Positions 51,468-61,850 of a DNA stretch of 64,000 bases are shown in pieces; positions within the stretch are counted from its first letter, which is position 1, and the number at the start of each line of letters is the position of its first letter. Made by a program: the position numbers and the translations under genes. This DNA comes from Chlorobaculum sp. (GTDB taxonomy: Bacteria > Bacteroidota > Chlorobiia > Chlorobiales > Chlorobiaceae). Location: contig DATMYL010000022.1 in NCBI GenBank assembly GCA_035560975.1, forward strand, positions 921 through 64,920, read 5' to 3'. The notes below the pieces were generated by a model. It was given only the letters and a program-made list of their open reading frames with translations. It did no database searches and was not told the origin of the DNA.

Positions 51468-51773
51468 CTATTCCGGAGATTTCAGGCTCTCGCTGACGGC
51501 GTGCTTGAACTCTTTGGAGATCTTGAACGTCGGCACATTTTTAGGCCCTACGGTCACCTTTTCGCCGGTCCTCGGGTTCCTTGCCTGCCTCAGGTTCTTG
51601 TAACGGATATTGAACGATCCGAACCCACGGATTTCGATCCTTTTTCCTGCCTTCAGCGAGTCGATAATGCTTTCGAACAGGCTGTCGACGACCGATTCCG
51701 TTTCATTTTTGGTCAGACCCGTTCGCTGGGCTATCACGTTCACCAAGTCGGCTTTAGTGGTTGTCTGTCCCAT
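51468..51773 (-). CDS. hup: HU/IHF family DNA-binding protein
   Basis: TKADLV, IEIRGFGSF, ARNPRTGE, PTFK; start placed at MGQTTTK. Confidence 0.92.
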   Translation of the reverse strand: MGQTTTKADLVNVIAQRTGLTKNETESVVDSLFESIIDSLKAGKRIEIRGFGSFNIRYKNLRQARNPRTGEKVTVGPKNVPTFKISKEFKHAVSESLKSPE

Positions 51774-51815
51774 GGTAGTGTGTGCTTTGGTTATAAGGTT
51801 TGCCAAGACAGTAAT

Positions 51816-52178
51816 TTAAAACCAGAGGCGAAAGGCTACGAGTACGAGAAATACGGCGAACATCCGGCGCAACGTCTCGCTCGACACGCCGATCGCTATT
51901 TTGGCCCCGAAAAATGCTCCTGCAAACAGGCCAAGCGCGATTACCAGTCCAATCCAGATGTGCCCGGTCGAAATCTGCCCTGAACGGTAATATTCTAAAA
52001 CACCGAGAAGCCCGACAGGGAGAAGCAGAGCCATCAATGATGTCGCACTGGCGGTCTGCTGGCTCATGCCGAAAAGCAACACGAGCGATGGTACGATAAT
52101 AACACCGCCACCGACCCCGAACATTCCGGACAGAAGCCCTGCGGCAATGCCTATAATGAACAGGAAGACGAAATGCAT
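51816..52178 (-). CDS. Half-size TauE/SafE (TSUP) family membrane protein
   Basis: AGLLSGMFGVGGGVIIVP, ATSLM, GAFFGAKIA; 120 aa. Confidence 0.82.
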   Translation of the reverse strand: MHFVFLFIIGIAAGLLSGMFGVGGGVIIVPSLVLLFGMSQQTASATSLMALLLPVGLLGVLEYYRSGQISTGHIWIGLVIALGLFAGAFFGAKIAIGVSSETLRRMFAVFLVLVAFRLWF

Positions 52179-52225
52179 GACCGGCCTCGCAGTAACGTTT
52201 AATGGTTTTTCCGGATGCGGACGAC

Positions 52226-54208
52226 TCAGGCCGTCGCTCCGGAAGCTACTCCTCCCGACGTGACGATGGCATCGATTTCAGCGGAATCAAGCGACTCCTT
52301 TTCAACGAGAAGATTTGCCATGTCATGCAGTATGGATGTATGCGCTGCAAGAATCTTCCGTGCATTGTCCATGCACTCCGTGATAATTCTCCTGACCTCG
52401 ACATCGATCTGGAGTGCCGTTTCCTCGCTGTATTCCCTTACGTGCGAGTAGTCTTTGCCAAGGAAAACCTCCTTGTGGCTGTCACCGTAATTGATGGGGC
52501 CTAGTTTTTCGCTCATACCCCAGCTTCTAACCATTTTCCTGGCTATCTCAGTCGCCTTCTCGATATCGTTGGCCGCACCCGTGCTGGTTTCATTGAACAC
52601 CAGTTCCTCAGCAGCGCGCCCTCCGAGAGCATAGGTGATCATTGCGGTCAGGTACTCCACGTTGTGTGTATACCGTTCCTCCAGCGGCAGGTAGGCCGTC
52701 TGCCCGAGGCTTCTGCCTCTCGGTATGATCGTGACTTTGTGTATCGGGTCCGATCCGCTGGTGAATTTCGAGACGAGCACATGGCCTGCTTCGTGATACG
52801 CTGTCAGCTTTTTCTGTTCCGGGGAGATGTACATGCTCTTTCGTTCCGGCCCCATGAGCACCTTGTCCCTGGCCTGTTCGAAATTCTCGCTCGTCAGCGT
52901 CGTCTGTTCGAACCGTGCGGCCAGCAGTGCAGCTTCATTGACGAGGTTTGCAAGGTCGGCCCCGGAAAAGCCCGGTGTGCTTTTGGCTATGACGGCGATG
53001 TCCACGTCATCCGCCAGAGGGGTGTTTCTCGTATGGATTTTAAGAATGGCTTCCCGTCCCCTGATGTCCGGCTTGTCGATGGTCACCTGGCGGTCGAATC
53101 TTCCAGGGCGAAGGAGAGCTGTGTCAAGCACATCCGGGCGGTTGGTCGCGGCGATGAGGATTACGTTGTCCCTTGTGCTGAACCCGTCCATTTCGACGAG
53201 CAGCTGGTTAAGGGTCTGTTCCCGCTCGTCATGGCCTCCACCAAGACCCGCACCGCGGCTCCTGCCTACGGCGTCGATCTCGTCGATGAAGACGATGCAC
53301 GGTGAGTTTTTCTTTGCTGTATCGAACAGGTCTCGAACCCTTGCCGCGCCGACTCCTACGAACATTTCCACGAAATCGGCTCCCGAAATTGAGAAGAACG
53401 GCACTTTGGCCTCTCCGGCGATCGCTTTCGCCAGAAGCGTTTTGCCGGTGCCGGGCGGTCCGAGCAGGAGGACTCCCTTCGGGATCTTGCCCCCGATTTT
53501 CTGGAACTTCTCGGGGTTCATGAGGAACTCCACAGTCTCCTTCAGCTCCTCGACGGCCTCATCCACCCCTGCGACATCTTTGAACGTTACTTTCACGTCG
53601 AATTCGCTGACGAGCTTCGCACGGCTTTTGCCGAAACTGAAGATGTTCTTCGATGCACCGTTCTGCATCGACATGCGTTTGAAAATGAAGAAATATGCGA
53701 ATCCAAACAGTACCCATGGAAGCACGAGTACGAGGAAATTCGACAGATCATCCGTACCCTGCAGGACTTTCAGCTGAATTCCGCTGTCGCTCAGGCGGTC
53801 GGCTTGTGTCAGGTCGAAGCCGGGAATTCTCACCATGAACCGGTCCGACTGTGTCGTTGTGCCGTTGACAAGAGGCAAACGAACGGAGGTTTTGAGTTTG
53901 CCGGTCAGGAGCGCCGATTTGTCCGGGTTCGTCTTAACGGTAACCTCGGTTACTGAGCCGCTGGCGATGATTGCCCGGTACTGGTTGTAGGAAACCTCAG
54001 GTGCGATATCCTGGGAGAAAAAACGCTGGAACACGAACAGGCCCATGAGGGCAAGCATGAGGATGACAAGGAACTTGGGGAAATTCCCGCCTTCTCTATC
54101 CTCTTTACCAGTGAAACCTCCATTGGACTGCGGGTCACTGTCTGGAGGTATGAACCGGTTGTTCGGTCGGCCTTTTGGAGCCTTTTCGCCGCTTTTTTTT
54201 GTCTGCAT
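52226..54208 (-). CDS. ftsH: ATP-dependent zinc metalloprotease FtsH
   Basis: Two TMs, [26 protein letters not shown]. Confidence 0.98.
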   Translation of the reverse strand: MQTKKSGEKAPKGRPNNRFIPPDSDPQSNGGFTGKEDREGGNFPKFLVILMLALMGLFVFQRFFSQDIAPEVSYNQYRAIIASGSVTEVTVKTNPDKSALLTGKLKTSVRLPLVNGTTTQSDRFMVRIPGFDLTQADRLSDSGIQLKVLQGTDDLSNFLVLVLPWVLFGFAYFFIFKRMSMQNGASKNIFSFGKSRAKLVSEFDVKVTFKDVAGVDEAVEELKETVEFLMNPEKFQKIGGKIPKGVLLLGPPGTGKTLLAKAIAGEAKVPFFSISGADFVEMFVGVGAARVRDLFDTAKKNSPCIVFIDEIDAVGRSRGAGLGGGHDEREQTLNQLLVEMDGFSTRDNVILIAATNRPDVLDTALLRPGRFDRQVTIDKPDIRGREAILKIHTRNTPLADDVDIAVIAKSTPGFSGADLANLVNEAALLAARFEQTTLTSENFEQARDKVLMGPERKSMYISPEQKKLTAYHEAGHVLVSKFTSGSDPIHKVTIIPRGRSLGQTAYLPLEERYTHNVEYLTAMITYALGGRAAEELVFNETSTGAANDIEKATEIARKMVRSWGMSEKLGPINYGDSHKEVFLGKDYSHVREYSEETALQIDVEVRRIITECMDNARKILAAHTSILHDMANLLVEKESLDSAEIDAIVTSGGVASGATA

Positions 54209-54536
54209 CGGGAAGCTGTTCGGATGATGCTAGATAACTTATGGCATTTCAAGTAATTAAAACTAAAACTTCCGTGGAAACCAAAAAGTTTATGTTCATT
54301 GACCTTCATCGATGATTTTTCATGGTTATTTCTTCCTTTATCTGGGGATACGGTTCGTTTGCTCCCAATCCGGCTTCTTTTCATCTTCAGGTTATCAAAT
54401 GCAGTGAGTTTTTTTTAAATTCAATGCTTTCAAACGGGCACCGCCCAGCGAAGCAATAGACTCGAGTGGCGGATTTACAGCAGGGGTGCCCACCAGCAAC
54501 TGTCTTCCGCAATAACTAAACTGGATACTTTGTGCT

Positions 54537-56048
54537 ATGGCCGGTCAACGGGTTAGAACACGATTTGCCCCATCTCCAACGGGATACCTTCATGTCGGAG
54601 GTCTTCGCACCGCTCTTTACAACTACCTGTTCGCAAAGAGAATGAATGGGGATTTCGTCATCAGGATCGAAGATACCGACCAGAGCCGGAGAGTCGAAGA
54701 TGCCGAGAAAAACCTTATTAATACCCTGATCTGGGCGGGCATCATTCCAGACGAAAGCCCGGTGCACGGAGGCAACTACGGCCCTTACGTCCAGTCGCAG
54801 CGCCTTTCCATTTATCGCGATTACTGCGTGAGATTACTCGAAGAAAAGAACGCTTACTACTGTTTTTCGACCTCAGAAGAGCTCGAAGAGAACCGTCAGC
54901 TCCAACTCAAGCAAGGTCTCCAGCCAAAATACAACCGCAAATGGCTGCCTGAGGATATGGGCGGCAATGTGCCGGAATCCGAAATAAAGAAAAAACTCGA
55001 TGCAGGCGAACCCTATGTCGTGAGGATGAAGGTTCCGGATTACGTATCGGTGTGGTTCGAGGATCTCATTCGCGGGCCCATCGAATTCGATTCGGCGACC
55101 ATCGACGATCAGGTGCTCATGAAATCGGACGGGTTCCCGACCTACCATTTTGCGAGCGTCATCGACGACCACCTCATGGAGTTCACCCATATCATCAGGG
55201 GAGAGGAGTGGCTGCCTTCGATGCCGAAGCATCTGCTGCTTTACGAATTCCTTGGCTGGGAGCCTCCGAAGTTCGCACATCTGCCCCTGCTGCTCAACCC
55301 TGACCGTTCGAAGCTCAGCAAACGCCAGGGGGATGTTGCCGTCGAGGACTATATCCGCAAAGGGTTCAGCAACGAGGCGATCGTCAATTTCATTGCATTG
55401 CTTGGCTGGAACGAGGGCGAGGGCAGCGAGCAGGAGGTGTTCAGCATGGACGATCTGATCAGCAAGTTCTCCCTCGAAAGGGTGGGCAAGGCTGGTGCCG
55501 TGTTCAATGTCGAAAAGCTCAACTGGCTCGAGAAGCAATATATAAAGGCACGTCCGGTAGAAAAGATCGTTGCCGCCATCAAACCGCTGCTCATAAAGGA
55601 GCTCGAGACCAAAACCTCCGAAATGTCCCATACGCGCATAACCTCTGATGAATATCTGGCAGACGTTGTCGACCTGATGAGGGAGCGAGTCAATTATGAA
55701 CACGAATTCGTAACCTTCAGCAGCTACTTCTTTTTCGAGCCCGAAACTTACGAGCCGGAAGCTGTCGAAAAACGATGGACACCTGAGACACCTGCTCTTC
55801 TGAAGGAGTTTACCGCCCTGCTCGAGGCAAACGAGGATTTCACTGCCGGAGGCATCGAGTCGCTGCTCAAGGAGTTCGTAGCGCCGAAAGGTTTGAAGCC
55901 GGCCGTGCTGATCCACCCGCTGAGGATTGTCACATCGGGAGTGAGTTTCGGCCCGAGCCTTTACCACATGCTCGAAGTGCTTGGCAGGGATGCAGTGCTT
56001 CGCAGGATTCACCGGGGTATCGAGAGGATCGCCCTGCCTGTGGCATGA
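54537..56048 (+). CDS. gltX: Glutamate--tRNA ligase
   Basis: [32 protein letters not shown]. Confidence 0.97.
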   Translation: MAGQRVRTRFAPSPTGYLHVGGLRTALYNYLFAKRMNGDFVIRIEDTDQSRRVEDAEKNLINTLIWAGIIPDESPVHGGNYGPYVQSQRLSIYRDYCVRLLEEKNAYYCFSTSEELEENRQLQLKQGLQPKYNRKWLPEDMGGNVPESEIKKKLDAGEPYVVRMKVPDYVSVWFEDLIRGPIEFDSATIDDQVLMKSDGFPTYHFASVIDDHLMEFTHIIRGEEWLPSMPKHLLLYEFLGWEPPKFAHLPLLLNPDRSKLSKRQGDVAVEDYIRKGFSNEAIVNFIALLGWNEGEGSEQEVFSMDDLISKFSLERVGKAGAVFNVEKLNWLEKQYIKARPVEKIVAAIKPLLIKELETKTSEMSHTRITSDEYLADVVDLMRERVNYEHEFVTFSSYFFFEPETYEPEAVEKRWTPETPALLKEFTALLEANEDFTAGGIESLLKEFVAPKGLKPAVLIHPLRIVTSGVSFGPSLYHMLEVLGRDAVLRRIHRGIERIALPVA

Positions 56049-56054
56049 ATCGTC

Positions 56055-56087
56055 GATCCGTCATGCCTGCTAACGGCATGACGGATC
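56055..56087. terminator. Perfect 13-bp hairpin directly after gltX
   Basis: GATCCGTCATGCC-TGCTAAC-GGCATGACGGATC; no immediate U tract. Confidence 0.5.
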
Positions 56088-56154
56088 AGGCAGAAAAAAA
56101 CTTTTTTCTGTTTTTCGTTAAGCGTTGAATTACTATATTCACCTCACGCTATAT

Positions 56155-56230
56155 GGACAGATAGCTCAGTTGGTAGAGCAAAGGACTGAAAATCCTTGTG
56201 TCGTGGGTTCGATTCCCTCTCTGTCCACCA
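56155..56230 (+). tRNA. tRNA-Phe(GAA)
   Basis: Acceptor GGACAGA/TCTGTCC, anticodon arm AAGGA-CTGAAAA-TCCTT, TTCGATT loop, encoded CCA. Confidence 0.96.
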
Positions 56231-56359
56231 GTTCTTCGGTGTCAGGCTCCAAAGCCTCCTCAAGTACCCGACAGACTTCTTATCTTGCCCGGCTTCCTTC
56301 AATAGAATGATCGTTCATGCGATGCACTCCAAGCCGTTCGACCATCATTATTCCGCGGC

Positions 56360-57499
56360 ATGAACATCACCACCGATTCCGTACAGGAAGTATGGCACAA
56401 GCTTGACGATCCCGGTTCCTATGAGTGGTGGTACTTCGATGCCGAAGACGAAACCCGGGGCATCTCCATCGTTTGCATCTGGTTTGCCGGATTTCCCTTT
56501 TCGCCATATTACATCAATCATTATGAGGAGTGGAAGTCCCGCGCACGGCAAGATCCCCCTCATCCCGGGAACCATGCCGGCTTCAGCTTTCAGCTTTACG
56601 AGAACGGCCGGGAAATCGTCAATTTCATAAAGGAAGGGCGTGACGGGCTTTTCGACTCGGTTTTCCCTGAAATCGGCGCACGATTCGAGGAGAACAGTTT
56701 TTGCTACGACAGCTCGAAGGACGAATACACTCTGACGATTGATTTCTCTTTCCCTGCAGGACGCGAGCGGGTACACGGCTCTTTTTCGTTCCGCCCCCGG
56801 CACCGTTTCGATTTCCGTCTTGACAACGATGGCATTGCTGTTTCCGGGCATCGACTTCAGTGGCTTCTCAGCGTTCCGAAGGCCGATGTTGAGGGGCAAA
56901 TCGTCATCGACGGACCTACGGATGGAATCCGGCGCGATATCAGGTTTCAGGGGAGCGGGTATCACGATCACAATCTCGGCACCACGCCCATGTACGAGTC
57001 TATCGATCGGTGGTATTGGGGGCGTGCGTTTTCAGGTCGCTATGATCTGGTCTACTATGTCATTTTTCTTCACGGCAACGGATCAGTCCCATTGGCTGTG
57101 ATGTTGCTCAACGACAATGAAAGTGGCCGGCAGACGGTACTGGAAAAGGTCAGCTTCAGTGAAGGGCAATTTATCAGGGGAGTGTTCGCTCCTTCTCATG
57201 GAAAGACCCTTTCTCTCAGGGAGGGCCAGGTCAGTGTCGAGGTCAGGCACCAGGATATGCTCGATGCCGGCCCGTTCTACCTTCGTTACGCTTCACGACT
57301 GTCCATTGATGTCGATGGATACAGGAAGGATGAGATCAGGGGCATTTCCGAGTTTTTGAATCCGATGGCATTGCAGTCGAGGATTATGAGATTTTTTACT
57401 GCCAGCAGGATCTTGAGGGAGGGAGAGTCATCGGTTATGTTCACCGGTTACAATTTTTTCAAGCACCAAATTGATTGGTTAAATAGGAAAATATTTTAA
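56360..57499 (+). CDS. crtC: Carotenoid 1,2-hydratase (hydroxyneurosporene synthase-like)
   Basis: YEWWYFD, GYHDHN, WYWGR motifs; lies directly upstream of petC as known for green sulfur bacteria. Confidence 0.8.
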   Translation: MNITTDSVQEVWHKLDDPGSYEWWYFDAEDETRGISIVCIWFAGFPFSPYYINHYEEWKSRARQDPPHPGNHAGFSFQLYENGREIVNFIKEGRDGLFDSVFPEIGARFEENSFCYDSSKDEYTLTIDFSFPAGRERVHGSFSFRPRHRFDFRLDNDGIAVSGHRLQWLLSVPKADVEGQIVIDGPTDGIRRDIRFQGSGYHDHNLGTTPMYESIDRWYWGRAFSGRYDLVYYVIFLHGNGSVPLAVMLLNDNESGRQTVLEKVSFSEGQFIRGVFAPSHGKTLSLREGQVSVEVRHQDMLDAGPFYLRYASRLSIDVDGYRKDEIRGISEFLNPMALQSRIMRFFTASRILREGESSVMFTGYNFFKHQIDWLNRKIF

Positions 57500-57654
57500 C
57501 TTCAAAATCAGTTTTTCCGAATTTTATTGCTCTACGGAGACCCTGGCGCCCGCATGCATGGATGGCATGCCCACTTATCCGTATTTTTAGCTGGCCGTCG
57601 GCCGATTTCTTCTGGATTAAAACAACCAACGTCATAAAAAGGAGATAGCTTATA

Positions 57655-58200
57655 ATGGCACAAACTGGTAATTTCAAGAGCCCGGCAAGGTTGGGCACGC
57701 TTGGCGGCAGTGCTGAAGTCTCTTCATCCGGAGCCGTATCCGGCGGAAAACCGCGGGAATCGGGCTTGAAAGGGGTCGATTTCGAACGCAGAAGCTTTCT
57801 GCACAAGGTAGTAGGCGGAGTCGGCGCCATTGTGGCCGCAAGTACGCTCTATCCTGTCGTCAAGTTTATCATCCCCCCCGTCAAGGAGATCAAGGTGGTC
57901 AACGAAATCAAAGCCGGCAAAGCTTCGGAGATTCCGGACGGTTCTGGAAAGATCTACCAGTTCAATGAAGACAAGGTTATCGTCGTCAACAAGGGCGGTG
58001 CCCTGACCGCAGTCAGCGCAGTCTGCACGCACCTCGGTTGCCTCGTGCACTGGGAAAACGCGGCAAACGAACTCGCCTGCCCATGCCATGGCGCCAAGTA
58101 TAAGCTGACCGGTGAAATCATCTCCGGACCTCAGCCAAAGCCGCTGAAGCTTTACAAGGCAAAGATCGACGGCGACACCATCGTCATCACAAAAGCTTAA
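57655..58200 (+). CDS. petC: Rieske Fe-S subunit of the cytochrome bc complex
   Basis: Tat-like RRSFL plus TM, CTHLGC and CPCHG boxes. Confidence 0.96.
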   Translation: MAQTGNFKSPARLGTLGGSAEVSSSGAVSGGKPRESGLKGVDFERRSFLHKVVGGVGAIVAASTLYPVVKFIIPPVKEIKVVNEIKAGKASEIPDGSGKIYQFNEDKVIVVNKGGALTAVSAVCTHLGCLVHWENAANELACPCHGAKYKLTGEIISGPQPKPLKLYKAKIDGDTIVITKA

Positions 58201-58234
58201 CCTCAATACTTGAAAATCAAGGGAGTCAAGACAC

Positions 58235-59533
58235 ATGGCTGAAAATACCCAGAACCCGGCCGCCGGCAGTGCTCCGGCCAAGCCGAAACCGCCGGCCCCG
58301 GCTGCTGCCAAACCCGCTGCTCCGGCCGCTGCCAAGCCCGCAGCCCCGGCTGCTGCCAAGCCTGCCGCTCCGGCTGCCGCCAAACCGGCTGCAAAAGCTG
58401 AATCTTCAACGTCCGGCGTCTACAAGCCGCCGGTTGAACGTCCTGCCGCCAACCCCTACAAGGAATCGAAAGTCGGTGTCGTAGGAGAATGGCTTCAGGA
58501 GCGTTTCTACGTCGTCACCCCGATCATCGATTACCTGAAGAAAAAAGAGGTGCCCAAGCATCGTCTCTCATTCTGGTACTATTTCGGTGGTCTGGGCCTG
58601 TTCTTCTTCATGATCCAGATTGTTACCGGTCTGCTCCTCCTGCAGTACTACAAACCCACGGAAGCAGAAGCATTCGCTTCGTTCGTCTTCATCCAGAAAA
58701 CGATTCCCTTCGGCTGGCTGATCCGTCAGGTCCACGCATGGAGCGCCAACCTGATGATCATGATGCTGTTCATCCACATGTTCAGCACCTTCTTCATGAA
58801 GTCCTATCGCAAACCTCGTGAGCTCATGTGGGTCAGCGGCTTCATCCTGCTCGCCCTCAGCCTTGGATTCGGCTTCACCGGCTACCTCCTGCCGTGGAAC
58901 GAGCTTGCATTCTTCGCAACCCAGGTCGGCACCGAGGTTCCGAAAGTGGCTCCCGGCGGCGCGTTCATGGTCGACATCCTGCGCGGCGGACCCGAAGTCA
59001 GCGGCGAGACGCTTACCCGTATGTTCTCCCTGCACGTCGTTCTGCTACCAGGCCTTGTGTTGCTGTTCCTGTCGGCTCACCTGACGCTTGTACAGATTCT
59101 CGGCACATCGACGCCGATCGGCTATAAAGAAGCCGGCCTTGTGAAGGGCTATGACAAATTCTTCCCGACCTTCCTCGCAAAAGACGGTATCGGCTGGTTG
59201 ATCGGTTTCGCCCTGCTTGTCTACCTTGCAGTCATGTTCCCCTGGGGGCTCGGCGCCAAGGCAGATGCTCTTGCCTCAGCTCCTAACGGCATCAAACCTG
59301 AGTGGTATTTCTGGGCACAGTTCCAGTTGCTGAAGGACTTCAAGTTCGAAGGTGGCGAACTGGTTGCCATCATCCTCTTCACCATCGGCGCCGTCGCATG
59401 GCTCCTGGTTCCTTTCTTCGATCGTCAGGCATCGAACGAAAAGAAGAGCCCCGTATTTACGATCTTCGGTCTTCTTGTGCTTGCCTTCCTTCTCATCAAC
59501 ACCTACAGGGTGTATGCCGAGTACGGTTGGTAA
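58235..59533 (+). CDS. petB: Cytochrome b (fused b6 / subunit IV type)
   Basis: [33 protein letters not shown]. Confidence 0.96.
   Translation: MAENTQNPAAGSAPAKPKPPAPAAAKPAAPAAAKPAAPAAAKPAAPAAAKPAAKAESSTSGVYKPPVERPAANPYKESKVGVVGEWLQERFYVVTPIIDYLKKKEVPKHRLSFWYYFGGLGLFFFMIQIVTGLLLLQYYKPTEAEAFASFVFIQKTIPFGWLIRQVHAWSANLMIMMLFIHMFSTFFMKSYRKPRELMWVSGFILLALSLGFGFTGYLLPWNELAFFATQVGTEVPKVAPGGAFMVDILRGGPEVSGETLTRMFSLHVVLLPGLVLLFLSAHLTLVQILGTSTPIGYKEAGLVKGYDKFFPTFLAKDGIGWLIGFALLVYLAVMFPWGLGAKADALASAPNGIKPEWYFWAQFQLLKDFKFEGGELVAIILFTIGAVAWLLVPFFDRQASNEKKSPVFTIFGLLVLAFLLINTYRVYAEYGW
58295..58390 (+). repeat. Four in-frame 24-bp repeats encoding APAAAKPA
   Basis: Codon-degenerate tandem units in the PetB N-terminus. 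Confidence 0.9.
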
Positions 59534-59579
59534 CCCAATACTGATCCAGGCATCGATTCGATGCCTCTGAACTGACTAA

Positions 59580-59622
59580 GAGGCCGTCTCGGAATTTGAT
59601 CTGAGACGGCTTCTTTGTTTTT
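59580..59622 (+). terminator. petCB intrinsic terminator
   Basis: GCCGTCTC/GAGACGGC stem followed by TTCTTTGTTTTT. Confidence 0.75.
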
Positions 59623-59677
59623 GCTTCGATAGTATAACATTAAAGGTTCCTGCAGAGATTGACTCGAAAGGGCGATC

Positions 59678-59723
59678 AAAAACGCAAAAGGGTTGCCTGA
59701 AAAGGCGACCCTTTTGCGTTTTT
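59678..59723. terminator. Second, bidirectional terminator-like hairpin
   Basis: AAAAACGCAAAAGGGTTGCCT-GAAA-AGGCGACCCTTTTGCGTTTTT. Confidence 0.8.
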
Positions 59724-60091
59724 ATGGGTATTCCGGATAAACAGAAACGAGCGCCCCCTCCTGACTTATGAGAAGCCCCTATGCTGCATTCAAGACCGTA
59801 TTGTTGAATCATCAATTATTACGTTGAGCTTTTAAGCCATTGTGATTGCTGTTTGAAAATTTAGTATTAATTAAGTTATTCTTATGCAAATATAACGTAT
59901 AATATATGTATAGCGTGTGCGCAAAAAAGCGGCGTATATATATTATGAATCTATCTTGACCGCTTAGGGTTCAAACGAAATGGTGTAATTCTCCAGATCC
60001 CGCTTAAACGATACTGCTCCTGGTGAGCAGCATGCTTGTTGAGAGGGAGTCGGCTGTATACGTTGGTTCATTTGTTAAACTGTAAATCATA

Positions 60092-61813
60092 ATGTATCGT
60101 CTACCCCCCAAGAGGATGCGACGTGTGATCGTATGGTCATGCCTGCTGTTGCCTGTTTTCAATCCCCCGCTTTTCGCCGCTCCGCCTGACGCCGGTCAGA
60201 TTCTTCGTGAGCAGCAACCTCAGAGACAAATTCCTGATAGAGCAACTTTGCCTGAACCGGGGCGAACTGAAGCGGTTCGGTCTTCAGTGTCGGGCGTCAG
60301 GGTTTTCGTCAAGGCATACCGTTTTACAGGGTTCGGCGCACTGGTTCCAGAGAACGAGCTCCAGTCGCTGGTTGCCGGCACTGTCGGCAAGGAACTCAGT
60401 GACGGAGAGCTTAACGGCCTGCTTTCAAGAGTCGATGCGTTCCTGAAAACGAAAGGATGGTTCCTGGCCCAATCCTTCCTGCCGGAACAGGATGTAACCT
60501 CGGGAATCATCGAGATCCGTCTTGCCCGGGGAGTCAGCGACGGACGCATGACGTTCAAAAAGGATAAAACGGTGCGCCTTTGTACAGGGGTATTATCGGC
60601 TATAGGCAACGATGCCGTGCAGATCGGCCAGGCGATCAACGAGCCGAAGCTTGAACGGGCGTTACTGTTGATGAACGATCTTCCCGGTGTGTCGGCCAAC
60701 GCGGGCTTGACCAGGGGGAGCGCCCCTGGCAGCACGGGAGTGAATGTCGACGTGAGTGAAGGAGCGTTACTGTCGGGAGCAGCCTGGGAAGACAACTTCG
60801 GCAACTACTACACAGGGCGGGGGCGGAGCTCGGGGATGGTCAATATCAATGATCCATCGGGTTGCGGCGATCAGCTCTCCGTTTTGGGTACGATTGCGGA
60901 CGGCCTTCGACAAGGCCGGATCGCCTACAGCTATCCTTTGGGAAGCAACGGGTTGAAAGGCATCCTGGTCTACTCGCCGATGAACTACGAGATGCACCAG
61001 GAGATGAGTGTGCTCGATGTCAAGGGGCATGGACAGACGCTCAATGCAGGTCTGAGTTACCCGCTGGTGAGAAGCCGCCTCTCGAATGTCACGATCTCGA
61101 CAGGCATAGAACGAAAAATGCTCTCCGACAGCATGTTGGGGATCAAGATCAGCGACAAAACGGTCAACAGCGGTACGATAGGGCTCAAAGGATATTTTTT
61201 CGACAAGTTCCTCGGCGGCGGTTACAACAACTGGAGCACGAGCGTCACTACAGGAACGGTGAACGAACGCATAGCGGACTTGAGCCTGAGCGGCACCCAG
61301 GGCACTTATACCCATGCCAATTTTAGCCTGAGCCGGCTTCAGGCCGTGACTGGTTCGGTAGACCTCAATCTCTCCTGGACGGCGCAGCTTTCGCCATCCA
61401 ATCTCGTTTCGAGTGAAAAATTCTATCTGGGCGGCCCTTACGGCGTTAGAGCTTATCCTGTGGGCGAAGCACCGGGAGACGCAGGCCAGTTGATGAACGT
61501 CGACCTTAGGATCAAGTTGCCGGTTCCTGAGAGGTACGGAACCGTTCAAGTCAGCGGCTTCTATGATGCGGGCAGGATTACCATGCACATGAATCCATGG
61601 CCGTACTCGATTCTGACGGCCACAGGTGAAAACAGTTACTGGCTGCAGGGTGCCGGAGTGGAGTTGGTGTACCTGTATAACAACAGTCTCAGCCTGAAGG
61701 GCAGTTGGGCTCATGTCATCGGAGACAATCCGGGTCGAAACCTGTGGGAGCAGAACTCGGAGGGCAAGAGCGACAGCGATCGTTTCTGGCTGGTCGCTAC
61801 CCTGTTTTTCTGA
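60092..61813 (+). CDS. ShlB/FhaC/HecB family two-partner secretion transporter (TpsB)
   Basis: Signal peptide, POTRA (GWFLAQSFLPEQDV, LERALLLMNDLPG), barrel with VRAYP motif, terminal Phe. Confidence 0.93.
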   Translation: MYRLPPKRMRRVIVWSCLLLPVFNPPLFAAPPDAGQILREQQPQRQIPDRATLPEPGRTEAVRSSVSGVRVFVKAYRFTGFGALVPENELQSLVAGTVGKELSDGELNGLLSRVDAFLKTKGWFLAQSFLPEQDVTSGIIEIRLARGVSDGRMTFKKDKTVRLCTGVLSAIGNDAVQIGQAINEPKLERALLLMNDLPGVSANAGLTRGSAPGSTGVNVDVSEGALLSGAAWEDNFGNYYTGRGRSSGMVNINDPSGCGDQLSVLGTIADGLRQGRIAYSYPLGSNGLKGILVYSPMNYEMHQEMSVLDVKGHGQTLNAGLSYPLVRSRLSNVTISTGIERKMLSDSMLGIKISDKTVNSGTIGLKGYFFDKFLGGGYNNWSTSVTTGTVNERIADLSLSGTQGTYTHANFSLSRLQAVTGSVDLNLSWTAQLSPSNLVSSEKFYLGGPYGVRAYPVGEAPGDAGQLMNVDLRIKLPVPERYGTVQVSGFYDAGRITMHMNPWPYSILTATGENSYWLQGAGVELVYLYNNSLSLKGSWAHVIGDNPGRNLWEQNSEGKSDSDRFWLVATLFF

Positions 61814-61850
61814 GAGACTGAACAAAGTTTATACCTCAACTGACTGACTC

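Noticed and set aside
54436-54491. GGGCACC/GGTGCCC pairing in the gltX leader as a T-box or riboswitch
   Set aside because: Only a 7-bp outer stem; no T-box sequence, specifier loop or terminator is visible.
57655-59533. petC-petB with no cytochrome c1/f gene
   Set aside because: This is the established arrangement in green sulfur bacteria.
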